Source: an uncultured Methylomirabilota bacterium (GTDB taxonomy: Bacteria > Methylomirabilota > Methylomirabilia > Methylomirabilales > 2-02-FULL-66-22). Taken from it: a stretch of DNA of 64,000 nt. The notes under the pieces were generated by a model that saw only the letters and a list, made by a program, of their open reading frames with translations, was not told the origin of the DNA and made no database searches. This document shows positions 21,262 to 31,520 of this stretch, in pieces (the first letter of the stretch is position 1; every line of letters begins with the position of its first letter). The stretch covers positions 32,001 to 96,000 of the forward strand of contig OY970067.1 in assembly GCA_963705305.1 (NCBI GenBank), given 5' to 3'. The position numbers and the translations under genes are program-made.

Positions 21262-21429
21262 ACCAGCCAGTACTGGGTGGACCTTCCTTTCGTGGGCGCC
21301 ATGCTCCCGCCGGGGCTCGTCGGCGGGGCGGTCGGCATCTGGCTGGCCTGCCGGCTGCCCAAGCCAGCCGTGCAGCGGCTGTTCGCCCCGTTCCTGATCT
21401 GCGTCGGCGTCTACATGACCATCAAGTAG
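21262..21429 (+). pseudogene. C-terminal remnant of a TauE/SafE (TSUP) transporter
   Basis: VDLPFVGAMLPPGLVGGAVG...LPKPAVQRLFAPFLICVGVYM matches the last two helices of the family; the remainder is absent. Confidence 0.55.
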
Positions 21430-22067
21430 CCCTCCCTCCTTCTGGCCTCATCCGTGTGGACCGGCTTGGGTCGTGACCCAGTGGGGACTGAGCTTCCCCT
21501 TGGCGCACGCCGGGCTTCAGCCGGTCTCACGTGGTGACTTCGTCCGGCCAAAATGGCGGCAGTGCATGGCGCTCTGCGGGGTGGTCCTTCCCAACCTGCG
21601 GGGACGCCACACGCAGGAGCAACTGGAGCAGCTGACGCAAGACGTTCACGACACGATTCACCATCGGCCCTCCTCGCCGGGGAGGGCTCGGGAACTTCGA
21701 CCGCTTCCCACCAGAGCCCGGGGAGGCTCAGCATTCCGGGCGAGCTTGCTTGGACAAGCGTGATCCGCTGGAGTACCATACAGGGGATTGTTCTCTCGAC
21801 CCCAGCCGCGATTTCCGATCCCCTCTCCGCGGGGAGGAGCCGTGCCGAGCCCGGTTTTTCTATGGCGCCAGCCCAGACCGGATGGTTTGGTCCGGCCGAG
21901 GAGACGCCGGCCATCTGCCGGCGCCCGCCCCGGGGCGGCCGATGTTCATAGGTCAAGTCCTCAGGCAAGCCACTGCTCCTTTCCTGCGATGTCCCGGTGG
22001 ACGCGTGCGCCGGGGGTCACGGTTCGTCCGATCAGGTAGTGCGGCGGCAAGCCGGAAGGAGGCACTC

Positions 22068-24386
22068 ATGAACGGGCGGTCGCGGTCGATGCTCGTCTCC
22101 CCGCTCTGGCTCCAGGTCGCCATCCTCACCTTCCTGGTCGGGTTCGCCGTCCTGGGGATCCTCGCCTACCTCATCACGGCCGAGCACCCGCCCATCCCGC
22201 AGCGGGTCCTGCGGCCCGACGGGACGGTCCTATTCACCGGCGACGACGTCATGGGCGGGCAGCACGTGTTCCAGAAGTACGGCCTCATGCAGTTCGGGAC
22301 CATCTTCGGCCACGGCGCCTACCTGGGCCCGGACTTCACCGCCCGGTATCTTCACCAAGCGGGGATCGCCATGCGCGCGTTTTACGGCGGGGCCGGCCTG
22401 GGAGCGGCCGACGCGGCGGCCAGAGTCCAGCAGGAGCTCAAACACAACGGCTATGAGGCCGGGACGGGGACCCTGACCTTTACCGGCGGCCAGGTCCACG
22501 CCTTCGAGGAGGTCGCGCGGGACGACCGGACATGGTTCGGGCGCCCCGACGAGCAGACCGGCCTCCGCCGGCCGACCCTGGACGCGTCGGAAGCGCGCCA
22601 ACTGACCGCCTACTTCGCCTGGGCCGCCTGGGTGGCGGCGGCGCAGCGGCCGGGGACGGATTACTCCTATACCAACAACTGGCCGCCCGAGCCCATGGCG
22701 GGAAACCGGCCGACCGCCGACGCCTTCCTATGGAGTGTGCTCAGCCTGATCGCCCTGCTGGGCGGGGTCGGGGTGATCCTCTTTCTGTTCGGCCGCTACG
22801 ACCTGCTGGGCTGGCATCGGACCGAGGAGGCAGGCGCGACGGGGCCGGTGAGCTTCCGGCCGCCCGACCAGGTGCGGCTCACCCCCGCCCAGCGCGCCAC
22901 GGCCTGGTACTTCCTGGTGGTGGCCGGGTTGTTCCTCATGCAGGGGCTGCTGGGCGGGGCCACCGCGCACTACCATGTGGAGCCGGGCGGTTTCTACGGG
23001 ATCGACATCGCGCGCTGGTTCCCCTATAACCTGACCCGGATGTGGCACGTCCAATTGGCGCTGTTCTTCGTCACGGCGAGCTATCTGGCCATGGGGATCT
23101 TCATCGTGCCCATGATCGCGCGACGCGAGCCGCCCCATCAGGACAAGCTGGCCATCGGCCTCTTCGCAGCCCTCGTGGTGGTCGTGGTGGGGAGCCTCCT
23201 GGGTGAGGCGGCGAGCCTGAAGGATTACATTCCCCGCAGCGGTCCGTGGTTCTGGATCGGGACCCAAGGCTGGCCGTACCTGGACCTGGGCCGGCTGTGG
23301 CAGATCCTGCTGACGGTGGGGCTGGTCCTCTGGCTGGTCATCCTGCTGCGGGGCATGTGGCGGCGCCTACCCGGCGAGCACCCGGGGAATCTGCCCTACC
23401 TCTTGATGTACAGCGCCCTGTCCATCCCCCTCTTCTACGCCGTGGGCATGGTGTTCGGCAAGAACGTGAACTTCGCCGTCATGAACTTCTGGCGCTTCTG
23501 GGTGGTCCACCTCTGGGTGGAGGACTTCCTGGAGCTGTTCACCACCATCATGGTCGCCTACATCTTCGTGCTGCTGGGAGTGGTGCGGCAGACCACGGCC
23601 ACGCGGGTGGTGTACCTGGACATCATACTGTACTCGGTCGGCGGGGTGATCGGCACGATGCACCACCTGTACTTCAGCGGCGCGCCGGCCATCCACATGG
23701 CCCTGGGGGCGTTCTTCTCGGCCATGGAGGTCATCCCCCTGGTCCTGCTGAGCTACGAGGCGTGGCAGTTCATGCGGCTGGGGGCCGGCCCGCACCAGGC
23801 GTCGGTCCTGGGAACGCCGGCGGCCGAGTTCCCCCACAAGTGGGCTGTCATGTTCCTGGTCGCCGTGGGCTTCTGGAACTTCCTGGGGGCGGGCGTGTTC
23901 GGATTCCTCATCAATCTGCCGATCGTCAGCTACTACGAGATCGGGACGCAGTTCACGGCCAACCACGCCCACGGGGCCCTGATGGGCGTCTACGGGATGC
24001 TGGCCATGGGGTTCTTCATGTTCGTCGCCCGCTACTTCATCCCCCCGGACCGGCGGAGCGAGCAGGCCATGCGGATCTCGTTTTGGAGCCTGAACATCGG
24101 GTTGCTGCTGATGCTGTGCCTCAACCTGGTGCCGATCGGGATCCTCCAGCTGTACGACAGCTTCCAGAACGGCTACTGGCACGCCCGCGCGCCGGCGTTC
24201 TTCCAGCAGACCGCCGTCCGGGTGATCGAGTGGCTGCGCCTGCCGGGGGATCTCGTGTTCATCCTGGGCGGCATCCTGCCGGTGGTCTACCTGGCCGTCC
24301 GGATGTTCCGGGAGCGGAACCGGTACGGCCGGCTGCCGGCCGGGGCCACAACCGAGGAGTTCACGGAGGCGTACGAGCAGCCCTGA
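22068..24386 (+). CDS. norB: Quinol-dependent nitric oxide reductase (qNOR)
   Basis: FGHGAYLGPDFTA, YTNNWP, TRMWHVQ, HLWVE, GTMHHLY, AMEV, HAH, LRLPGD; AGGAGG RBS. Confidence 0.96.
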   Translation: MNGRSRSMLVSPLWLQVAILTFLVGFAVLGILAYLITAEHPPIPQRVLRPDGTVLFTGDDVMGGQHVFQKYGLMQFGTIFGHGAYLGPDFTARYLHQAGIAMRAFYGGAGLGAADAAARVQQELKHNGYEAGTGTLTFTGGQVHAFEEVARDDRTWFGRPDEQTGLRRPTLDASEARQLTAYFAWAAWVAAAQRPGTDYSYTNNWPPEPMAGNRPTADAFLWSVLSLIALLGGVGVILFLFGRYDLLGWHRTEEAGATGPVSFRPPDQVRLTPAQRATAWYFLVVAGLFLMQGLLGGATAHYHVEPGGFYGIDIARWFPYNLTRMWHVQLALFFVTASYLAMGIFIVPMIARREPPHQDKLAIGLFAALVVVVVGSLLGEAASLKDYIPRSGPWFWIGTQGWPYLDLGRLWQILLTVGLVLWLVILLRGMWRRLPGEHPGNLPYLLMYSALSIPLFYAVGMVFGKNVNFAVMNFWRFWVVHLWVEDFLELFTTIMVAYIFVLLGVVRQTTATRVVYLDIILYSVGGVIGTMHHLYFSGAPAIHMALGAFFSAMEVIPLVLLSYEAWQFMRLGAGPHQASVLGTPAAEFPHKWAVMFLVAVGFWNFLGAGVFGFLINLPIVSYYEIGTQFTANHAHGALMGVYGMLAMGFFMFVARYFIPPDRRSEQAMRISFWSLNIGLLLMLCLNLVPIGILQLYDSFQNGYWHARAPAFFQQTAVRVIEWLRLPGDLVFILGGILPVVYLAVRMFRERNRYGRLPAGATTEEFTEAYEQP

Positions 24387-24540
24387 AATACAAGACGGGA
24401 AGAGAAGGCGCCCGGGTAAGACAGGGGAGGGTTCGGGGGGGATCACTCCCGAGTGCTGAAATCGGGTGACTGGGCCACGATGCGCGGACGGGGGACCGGG
24501 ACCTGATTGAGGGTTCCGTCAGGAACGAAGTGCCCCCGGG

Positions 24541-25032
24541 TCACTCCTCGCCGTTCCGGGCTCCGTCGGCCACCGCCCCCGCTCCCGCCGGGGCGGCGAT
24601 CGCCAGACGCCGGCGTGCCATCGCCCGGACCATGTTCACCATGCCCATCAGCCCCAGGGACTTCCCCATGGAGAGCTCGGCGCCGAAGAGGTCGTAGATG
24701 AGGTCGGGCGGGACCTCCGCCACCGCCTCCAGCGGCGCCCCTGACAGGGTCCGCTGCAGGATGGCCGCCAGTGCGCGCGCCGAGATACCCTGCGGATTCT
24801 CCACCGCAAAGTGGAAGCAGAGGGTGCCGTCCGGGCCCGGCTCCGACCAGATGTAGGTCTCCGACTCGCACCCCGGGACGCGGTGCGTCGGGGGGTACGG
24901 CCGCGTGGCGATGCGCGGGGGCACTGGCGTGAAGGTGCCGGCGAGATCGATGAGCATCTGAATCCGCCCGCTCCGATCGAGCCCGGCCAGGAGCCGCCGC
25001 ACCTCTTCCAGCTTCTCAGGCAGTCGGTTCAT
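24541..25032 (-). CDS. sufE: SufE family sulfur acceptor
   Basis: [13 protein letters not shown]; start overlaps the sulfurtransferase stop. Confidence 0.85.
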   Translation of the reverse strand: MNRLPEKLEEVRRLLAGLDRSGRIQMLIDLAGTFTPVPPRIATRPYPPTHRVPGCESETYIWSEPGPDGTLCFHFAVENPQGISARALAAILQRTLSGAPLEAVAEVPPDLIYDLFGAELSMGKSLGLMGMVNMVRAMARRRLAIAAPAGAGAVADGARNGEE

Positions 25033-25922
25033 CGGCGAGGCTGAGCGCTCGGGTTCTCCACCGGCACGTCGACGAGGTTCCCCCACTCGGTCCAGCTCCC
25101 GTCGTAGTTGCGGACGTGGGAGAAGCCGAGGAGGTACGTCAAGACGAACCAGGTGTGGCTGCTCCGCTCCCCAATCCGGCAGTACGCAATGATCTCGTCC
25201 TCGCGCCCGAGCCGGTGCTCGTCCACGTAGATCGCCCGCAGCTCGGCGGCCGACTTGAATGTGCCGTCCTCGGGATGGATGGCCCGCGACCACGGGATGT
25301 TGACGGCGCCCGGAATATGCCCCCCGCGGAGCGCCCCTTCATTCGGGTACTCGGGCATGTGGAGCCGCTCGCCCCGGTACTCCTCGGGGCTCCGGACATC
25401 CACCAGGGCCCGCTGTCGCCCCACGTGCGCCAGTACCTCGTCGCGGAAGGCGCGGATTCGCGCATCGTCCCGCGCACGCGCCACGTACCGTTCCGCGGGG
25501 ACCTGGGGGAACTCCGTGGACAGGGGCCGCTTCTCCTGGACCCACTTCAGCCGCCCCCCGTCCATGATGCGGGCCTTCGCGTGGCCGAAGAGCTGGAGGA
25601 TCCAGAAGGCGTAGGTCGCCCACCAGTTATTTTTGTCCCCGTACAGCACAACGGTGGTATCCGGCGCGACCCCGAGGCGGCTCATGAGGCGGCTGAATTC
25701 GTCTCGATCCAGGTAGTCCCGCCGGACCGGATCGTTGAGATCGCGTATCCAGTCGAGCTCCACCGCCCCCGGGATGTGCCCGGACGGGTAGAGCAGCGGG
25801 TCCTCGTTCGACTCCGCGATCCGCACCTCGCGATCCCGGAGGTGGTCGGCGACCCAGTCAGTGGACACCAGGATCTCGCTTCGGGCATACCCCCGGCTTT
25901 CAATCCGTGAATCCAACGGCAT
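25029..25922 (-). CDS. sseA: Tandem-rhodanese sulfurtransferase (SseA/CysA type)
   Basis: LVSTDW, GHIPGA twice, [18 protein letters not shown]. Confidence 0.93.
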   Translation of the reverse strand: MPLDSRIESRGYARSEILVSTDWVADHLRDREVRIAESNEDPLLYPSGHIPGAVELDWIRDLNDPVRRDYLDRDEFSRLMSRLGVAPDTTVVLYGDKNNWWATYAFWILQLFGHAKARIMDGGRLKWVQEKRPLSTEFPQVPAERYVARARDDARIRAFRDEVLAHVGRQRALVDVRSPEEYRGERLHMPEYPNEGALRGGHIPGAVNIPWSRAIHPEDGTFKSAAELRAIYVDEHRLGREDEIIAYCRIGERSSHTWFVLTYLLGFSHVRNYDGSWTEWGNLVDVPVENPSAQPRR

Positions 25923-26523
25923 GCTCACGTCCGACACCTGCCTTTCCCACCCTGCCAAACTGCCCGTTCCAACAGCACCGGCAGAGAAAGTTGTCCACGC
26001 TCGCCCTGTCGCCCCAAGCGAGGCTGGCAGCTTGGGATACCAGGGGACTCCCGGCCCTTTGTGACCGGCGAAAAGATTTTAGCACAATGGAGAGTGATGG
26101 GGTACTCTTTCTTCCAAGAGGGCGTCTCTTCGAGGGAATTTGAAGTCGAGGCTACTCCCAGGGTCAGGTCCTGCCGAAATCGGCGAAGCTCATCCTGAGA
26201 GACCTTCAATCTGGGTCGAATCTGCTCGGCAGCGCCACCGGGGAATCTCGGCCTGGCACCGCACGGGGTCGCGTGCCGGTCGTCCAGCCACGCGGCTTGC
26301 TTCGAGTGCAGGCGAAGACCCGCCAGCTGGCGACCGGCCTGGTTCGGATCCCCCTTCATCTCGAGAGGTTGGCGGACGCTCAAGGGCAGCGAGCGGCTTC
26401 CCGGTTTCTCAAGCCACAGCGGCAAGTTGCCTTGGGGCCAGCGACCCTCGCATTACTCAGGGATTCCGCCCTGCACAATGGGGGTTCCACCACGCGGCCC
26501 TGGCTGCCGCCTGATCGGCGCCG

Positions 26524-27315
26524 CTACACGGAGAGCGATTCCCGCAGCTTCTTCCCATTAGCCGTCCACCACTGCAGCAGGATCCACAGATCTACGTTCA
26601 GGTTGAAGTGCCGGACGCCGAGATCGAGGTAGTATTTGGCATCCTCGGGCGCGACGATTTCGGTTCGCGCCGGGATGCCCCGGCGATGCGCGGTCTCGAT
26701 CACCTTCCGTTCCACCGTCTTGATCTCGGGGTCCAGCCGGGCGCCCGGCCTGCCGATGCTCACGGTGTAATCACCCGGCCCCCACTGGATCATATCGATT
26801 CCCGGCACGGCCAGGATTTCGTCCAGGTTTTCGACGGCCTCCCGCTTCTCGATCATCAGCATCACCACCACATCCCGGAGCGCCTGGAGGTAGTCGGCCC
26901 CTCCGACCTGGGCCCGGGGACTGAACCGCCGCGGGGAGGAGCCGAACAGGCCGCCATCTTGCGGAGTCTCCGGGCGGACGCACTGGACGTAACGCCGGGC
27001 CTCCTCGGCGGAGCGGCAGTCGGTGAACAGGATTCCCTGGAAGCCGGCGCCGACGGCGCGCTGCGCGACATAGTCGCTGGAAGCCTGGTCGATCTTGATG
27101 ATGGGAGTCACGTCGACCAGCTCCGCCGCCCGGCACACGTTCTCCAGGTCGTGAAGGTCAAAGGGCACGTACTCGGCGAGGAACTCGACGTAGTCGTACT
27201 GCCCCGCCTGTCCCAGGACCTCGATCACTGTCGGCCAAGGGCTCATCACGCGGGTCCCGAGCGTCGGTTTCCCCGCGCGGAGCAGTTCACGCAGCTTGTT
27301 CGGTCTCATTGCCAC
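26524..27315 (-). CDS. HpcH/HpaI aldolase family protein
   Basis: YDYVEFLAEY, LMIE, NLDEILAVPGIDMIQWGPGDY; GTG start with AAGGAG RBS. Confidence 0.88.
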   Translation of the reverse strand: MAMRPNKLRELLRAGKPTLGTRVMSPWPTVIEVLGQAGQYDYVEFLAEYVPFDLHDLENVCRAAELVDVTPIIKIDQASSDYVAQRAVGAGFQGILFTDCRSAEEARRYVQCVRPETPQDGGLFGSSPRRFSPRAQVGGADYLQALRDVVVMLMIEKREAVENLDEILAVPGIDMIQWGPGDYTVSIGRPGARLDPEIKTVERKVIETAHRRGIPARTEIVAPEDAKYYLDLGVRHFNLNVDLWILLQWWTANGKKLRESLSV

Positions 27316-27367
27316 GATCTCCTTCTGGTGAATGTTCGGGCCGCCGTCCGGCCTGCAAGGCGAAGGA

Positions 27368-27395
27368 ATGATACCGTTATCATCGCTTTTGTCAA
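27368..27395 (-). promoter_or_regulatory. sigma70 promoter overlapped by a LacI/GntR-type operator
   Basis: Minus strand TTGACA-N16-TATCAT; palindrome ATGATA-CCGT-TATCAT at 27368-27383. Confidence 0.7.
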
Positions 27396-27763
27396 GACGA
27401 CTTTTTCATCAGCAAGTTCACTGCATTGTGGTATACATGTAGCATAATTTCGGGTGCTGCTCCGTCGCCCCCGGACTGTTCTATTGCCAGCGCTTTCGCT
27501 GGGAGGGTCGGCGCTCGGATGCGGCGTCTGTCCAACGTCATCGGACACCAGGTACCTTCGTGCCCGACTTGATATGGACGAAGCAATGCGAGGCCAGCGC
27601 AGACGGGATGTTGCTGCCGTTCTGGCCTCCCCGATATGGCGGCTGGCGGCAGTAACCGTCTTCACCCGGAGGTCTTGCCATTCCTCATTCGCTTGCGTCT
27701 AACGACAGAGTAAAATCGAAGATTCGCTCGACTTCCTCGAGAGGCAGCCGTCCTACAAGCGGC

Positions 27764-28744
27764 GTGGTGACGTTGCGGGATGTCGCGAGGATGGCAAGTG
27801 TCTCGCCGATCACCGTCTCCCGCGTGCTGAACCATCCGGAGCTGGTGGCGTCCAACACGATCGACCATGTGCGCCGCGTCATCGATCGCACGGGCTACCT
27901 GCCGAATTTGCTTGCTGGGGGACTCGCCTCCCGAAAGACCCACTTCGTCGCTGCCATTGTTCCGGCGCTCTCCCACCAGGTGTTTTCCGAAGCCCTGCAG
28001 TCCCTGACCGACCGCTTGTGGGAAAGCGGGTACCAGGTCCTGCTGGGCACGTCGGGGTACCCCACCTCACGGGAGGAAAGCCTCCTCACGGCCATCATCA
28101 GCCGGCGGCCCGACGGCATCTTCCTCACGGGCATCTCCCACTCCGCCGAGAGCCACCGGCGCCTGATCACCGCAAAGATTCCTGTCGTTGAGGTTTGGGA
28201 CCTGACCCCGACCCCCGTCGATATGCTGGTCGGCTTTTCCCACGAGAAGGTCGGACAGGCCGTGGCGGAGTACCTGCTCGGTTGCGGCTACCGCAGTTTC
28301 GGGGTGGTCTCGGCGGACGACGCGCGGGCGGAAATCCGGCGACGCGCATACGAGTCTGCCCTCTCGAGGCACGGCGTCGCCGACACGCCGACTGTCCTAA
28401 TGCCCGCCCCCTCTTCCTTTCAACTGGGCCGTGAGGGACTCGCCCGCCTGCTGGCGCAGGCGCCCCTGCCCCGTGCCGTCTTCTGTAGCTCGGATACCAT
28501 GGCCCACGGCGCCCTCGTGGAGGCGCAGGCCCGCGGACTCTCGGTGCCGCAAGATCTCGCCATCGTCGGCTTCGGCGATCTCGACTTCGCGGCGCACACG
28601 TCCCCGCCGTTGTCCACGGTCCGAATCGATCGGGCCGCCATTGGTCGGCTGGCTGCCGAAGTGCTGTTGGGAAGACTCGAGGGGCAGACGGGGGAGCGGA
28701 TCATCAACGTCGGGTTTCAAATTATGGAGCGCGGAACCACCTGA
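27764..28744 (+). CDS. LacI family transcriptional regulator (GntR-like)
   Basis: VTLRDVARMASVSPITVSRVLN, YLPNLLAGGLAS, GFGD, LSTV. Confidence 0.93.
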   Translation: MVTLRDVARMASVSPITVSRVLNHPELVASNTIDHVRRVIDRTGYLPNLLAGGLASRKTHFVAAIVPALSHQVFSEALQSLTDRLWESGYQVLLGTSGYPTSREESLLTAIISRRPDGIFLTGISHSAESHRRLITAKIPVVEVWDLTPTPVDMLVGFSHEKVGQAVAEYLLGCGYRSFGVVSADDARAEIRRRAYESALSRHGVADTPTVLMPAPSSFQLGREGLARLLAQAPLPRAVFCSSDTMAHGALVEAQARGLSVPQDLAIVGFGDLDFAAHTSPPLSTVRIDRAAIGRLAAEVLLGRLEGQTGERIINVGFQIMERGTT

Positions 28745-28997
28745 TCGGGAGAAACCGCCTCATATGGGCGTCCTTCTCCCACCGGCACGCGGGGGAAAGG
28801 GAAACGCCGATCCGGCCATCCATCGTCACACACCTATCATTCCACGAGGTATTCGCCACATCCGCTCGCCCATAGTCCTGCTCTCTTGCAGCGGTTCCCC
28901 CCAAGCTGTCAAGCGGAATTGCAGAAGACGCCACCGCGAATCTGGTGGATCGATATCTGTCTCGTCTTCCCGCAAGCCCCGATCCCCCAGGTGGGAT

Positions 28998-29744
28998 CTA
29001 GGTGGGCTGTGCCGCCCCCAGATAGGCCCGTTCCAGCACGCCGGGGGCCCGGGCGGACTGGGCGTCGGTGTCCAGCACGATGCGGCCGTGCACGAGCACG
29101 TAGGCCCGGTCGGCGATGCGGAGCACCTTCTCGACCGCCTGCTCCACCACGAGCACGGCCGTCCCCCGGGCGCGGAACTCCGCCACCACCTCCAGCACCC
29201 TGTCGATGAGGATCGGCGCCAGGCCGGCCGACGGTTCGTCCAAGAGCAGCAGCCGGGGGTGCCGGACGATGCCCTGCGCGATGACCAGCATCTGCTGCTG
29301 GCCGCCCGAGAGCGTCCCGGCCCGGAGCGCCCGCATCCCCGCGATCTCCGGGAAGACCCGGCACGCCTCCTCGACCCGGGCCCGGCGGCCGGCGGCCGGC
29401 TGGTCCAGCGCCGCGAGGAGGAGGTTCTCCTCCACCGTGAGCGAGGGGAGCACCCGATGCCCCTCGATCACGTGCACCAGCCCGAGGCGGCCGCAGGCGC
29501 GCGGGGTGCACCGGGTGATGTCCTGCCCGGCGAAGGTCACCGTGCCGCCCGTCTTGGGGAGCATGCCCGACAGGGCCTTGAGCAGGGTGCTCTTCCCGGC
29601 CCCGTTCGGCCCCACCACAGCCACCACCTCCCCGGCCTGCATCACCAGGTCGATCTGCTGCAGGACGCGAATCGCACCGTAGCCGGCCGCGAGGCCGCGA
29701 ACGGTGAGGAGGCGCCCGTCCGGCTCAGGTGCCGAGGTAGGCAT
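28998..29744 (-). CDS. livF: Branched-chain amino acid ABC ATPase (LivF-like)
   Basis: GPNGAGKS, LSGGQQQM, LLLDEPS, AYLG. Confidence 0.9.
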   Translation of the reverse strand: MPTSAPEPDGRLLTVRGLAAGYGAIRVLQQIDLVMQAGEVVAVVGPNGAGKSTLLKALSGMLPKTGGTVTFAGQDITRCTPRACGRLGLVHVIEGHRVLPSLTVEENLLLAALDQPAAGRRARVEEACRVFPEIAGMRALRAGTLSGGQQQMLVIAQGIVRHPRLLLLDEPSAGLAPILIDRVLEVVAEFRARGTAVLVVEQAVEKVLRIADRAYVLVHGRIVLDTDAQSARAPGVLERAYLGAAQPT

Positions 29745-31518
29745 TGATGACCTCCGGGTTGGCGCGGACCTCGGCCGGTGTCCCATGAGCCAGCACCCGG
29801 CCGAGGTTCAGCACCGTCACCTCATCGCTCACCTGGAAGACCAGGTCGGCGTGGTGCTCGACCAGCAGGATCGCGACGCCCAGGCTCCGGATCTGCTCGA
29901 TCAGCGATTGCAGGTGGCCGATCTCGTCGTGCGCGAGCCCGGCCGCCGGCTCATCCAGCAGCAGGAGGCTCGGCTGCATGACGAGGCAGCGGGCGATCTC
30001 CAGGAAGCGCTGCTCGGTGTGCTGGAGTTGGCCGGCCTTCAGGTGCGCCAAGCGCCGCAGGCCGACGGCCGCCAGGGCGTCCTGCGCGCGCTGGCGAACG
30101 GCCTTATCCTCGGCCGCCCCGCGCCACGAGCCCAGCGCGACGGCCGGGAAGCCGGTCGTGAATTGGCGGTACGCCCCCAGCATGGCGTTCTCCAGGACGC
30201 TCAGGTTGCCCACCACGCGGGGGGTTTGGAAGGTTCGGCCCATGCCCAGCGGCGCGCGCTCGGCCGAGGCGCGCGCGGCGAGGTCGGTCTCGCCGAAGCG
30301 GATGCCGCCGCGGTCGGCGGCATAGTAGCCGGAGGCCGCATTGAGCAGCGTGGTCTTGCCGCTGCCGTTCGGGCCGATCAGACCGTGGACGGTTCCCGGC
30401 CGCACCGTCAGGTCCACGCCGTCCAGCGCCCGGACCCCGCCGAAGTGCAGCGCCACCCCCTCGAGCGTCAGGGGCCGCGGGGCGGCGTGCCGGCCCAGCA
30501 CGGCATCCAGCCGCTCCGGCGCCGGCGGCTCGAGCCCCTGGCCCTTCGCCCCCTTGGCAAAGATCCGCTCCAGGAGCTCGGCAATCCCCCCGGGCATGAG
30601 GAGCACCACCAGCAGGAGCAGGGCCGCGTACAGGAAATTCGACCACATCACCAGGGGCGCCGCGATCTCGGGCAGCAGCGTCAGGATCACCGTCCCGATC
30701 ATCGGGCCGACGATCCGGCCGCGCCCCCCGATCAGGACCGCGATGAAGAAGAGCACCGACAGATCGAAGGTGAAGGCGTCGGGGGTGATGTAGGTCTGCC
30801 GGGCGGCGAACAGCGCTCCCGCCATGCCGGCCAGGATGCCGCTCAGCGTGAAGGTCACCAGCTTGAGATGGGTGATCGGGACGCCCATCGCCTCGGCCGC
30901 CACCTCGGCGTCCCGCACGGCCACCAGCCCCCGCCCGAAGTTGCTGACCGCGATGTTGCGCAGCAGATAGGTGGCCAGCACCGCCAGCGCCAGCGCCAGG
31001 TAGTAGAAGCCGAGCGGGGAGTCGAACGGGGGCGGGAACAGCGGGCCGGGCAGGCCCACCCCGCCGCCGGTCAGATGCTCCCATCCAAGGGCGACCTGGG
31101 TGACGATGGTCGAGAATCCGAGCGTCGCCATGGCGAAGTAGAAGCTCCTCAGCCGGAGCGACGGCAGGCCCACCAGGAAACCGAACAGGGCCCCGGCCGC
31201 GCCGGCCGCCCCCAGGGCGGCGAAGGCCGGCCAGCCCGCCTTTTCGCACAGGATGCTCGCCGTGTAGGCGCCGATCTCCAGCAGCCCGACGTAGCCTATT
31301 GCGAGCTGCCCGGCGTACCCGATGATCAGGTCGAGGCCGGCGATCAGCACCCAGTAGATGAAGGCCAGCGTCCCGATCTGCATCCAGTACTGGTTCACCC
31401 CCGCGGGGAGCAGCACCGCGAGCCCGATCACGGCCGCGGCGCTGCCCAGGACGCGGGGCGGCCGGCGCGTGACCGGCGGGAGCTCCTGGGAGGCGACCGC
31501 CTCGAGTCCGCTCGACAT
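29725..31518 (-). CDS. Fused permease-ATPase (LivM-LivG-like)
   Basis: N-terminal LivM TM domain (YFAMATL, TGGGVG) plus GPNGSGKT, RTFQ, LLDEPAAG, V-NAYLG. Confidence 0.9.
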   Translation of the reverse strand: MSSGLEAVASQELPPVTRRPPRVLGSAAAVIGLAVLLPAGVNQYWMQIGTLAFIYWVLIAGLDLIIGYAGQLAIGYVGLLEIGAYTASILCEKAGWPAFAALGAAGAAGALFGFLVGLPSLRLRSFYFAMATLGFSTIVTQVALGWEHLTGGGVGLPGPLFPPPFDSPLGFYYLALALAVLATYLLRNIAVSNFGRGLVAVRDAEVAAEAMGVPITHLKLVTFTLSGILAGMAGALFAARQTYITPDAFTFDLSVLFFIAVLIGGRGRIVGPMIGTVILTLLPEIAAPLVMWSNFLYAALLLLVVLLMPGGIAELLERIFAKGAKGQGLEPPAPERLDAVLGRHAAPRPLTLEGVALHFGGVRALDGVDLTVRPGTVHGLIGPNGSGKTTLLNAASGYYAADRGGIRFGETDLAARASAERAPLGMGRTFQTPRVVGNLSVLENAMLGAYRQFTTGFPAVALGSWRGAAEDKAVRQRAQDALAAVGLRRLAHLKAGQLQHTEQRFLEIARCLVMQPSLLLLDEPAAGLAHDEIGHLQSLIEQIRSLGVAILLVEHHADLVFQVSDEVTVLNLGRVLAHGTPAEVRANPEVINAYLGT

Positions 31519-31520
31519 GG

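Noticed and set aside
21940..21960. FNR/NnrR box upstream of qNOR
   Set aside because: Only one half-site (GTCAA) matches
25925..26514. ORFs in the gap between sseA and the aldolase
   Set aside because: No recognisable motifs or RBS; cannot be supported
28905..28997. IS-end-like TGTCAAGCGG sequence
   Set aside because: No partner inverted repeat, TSD or transposase found
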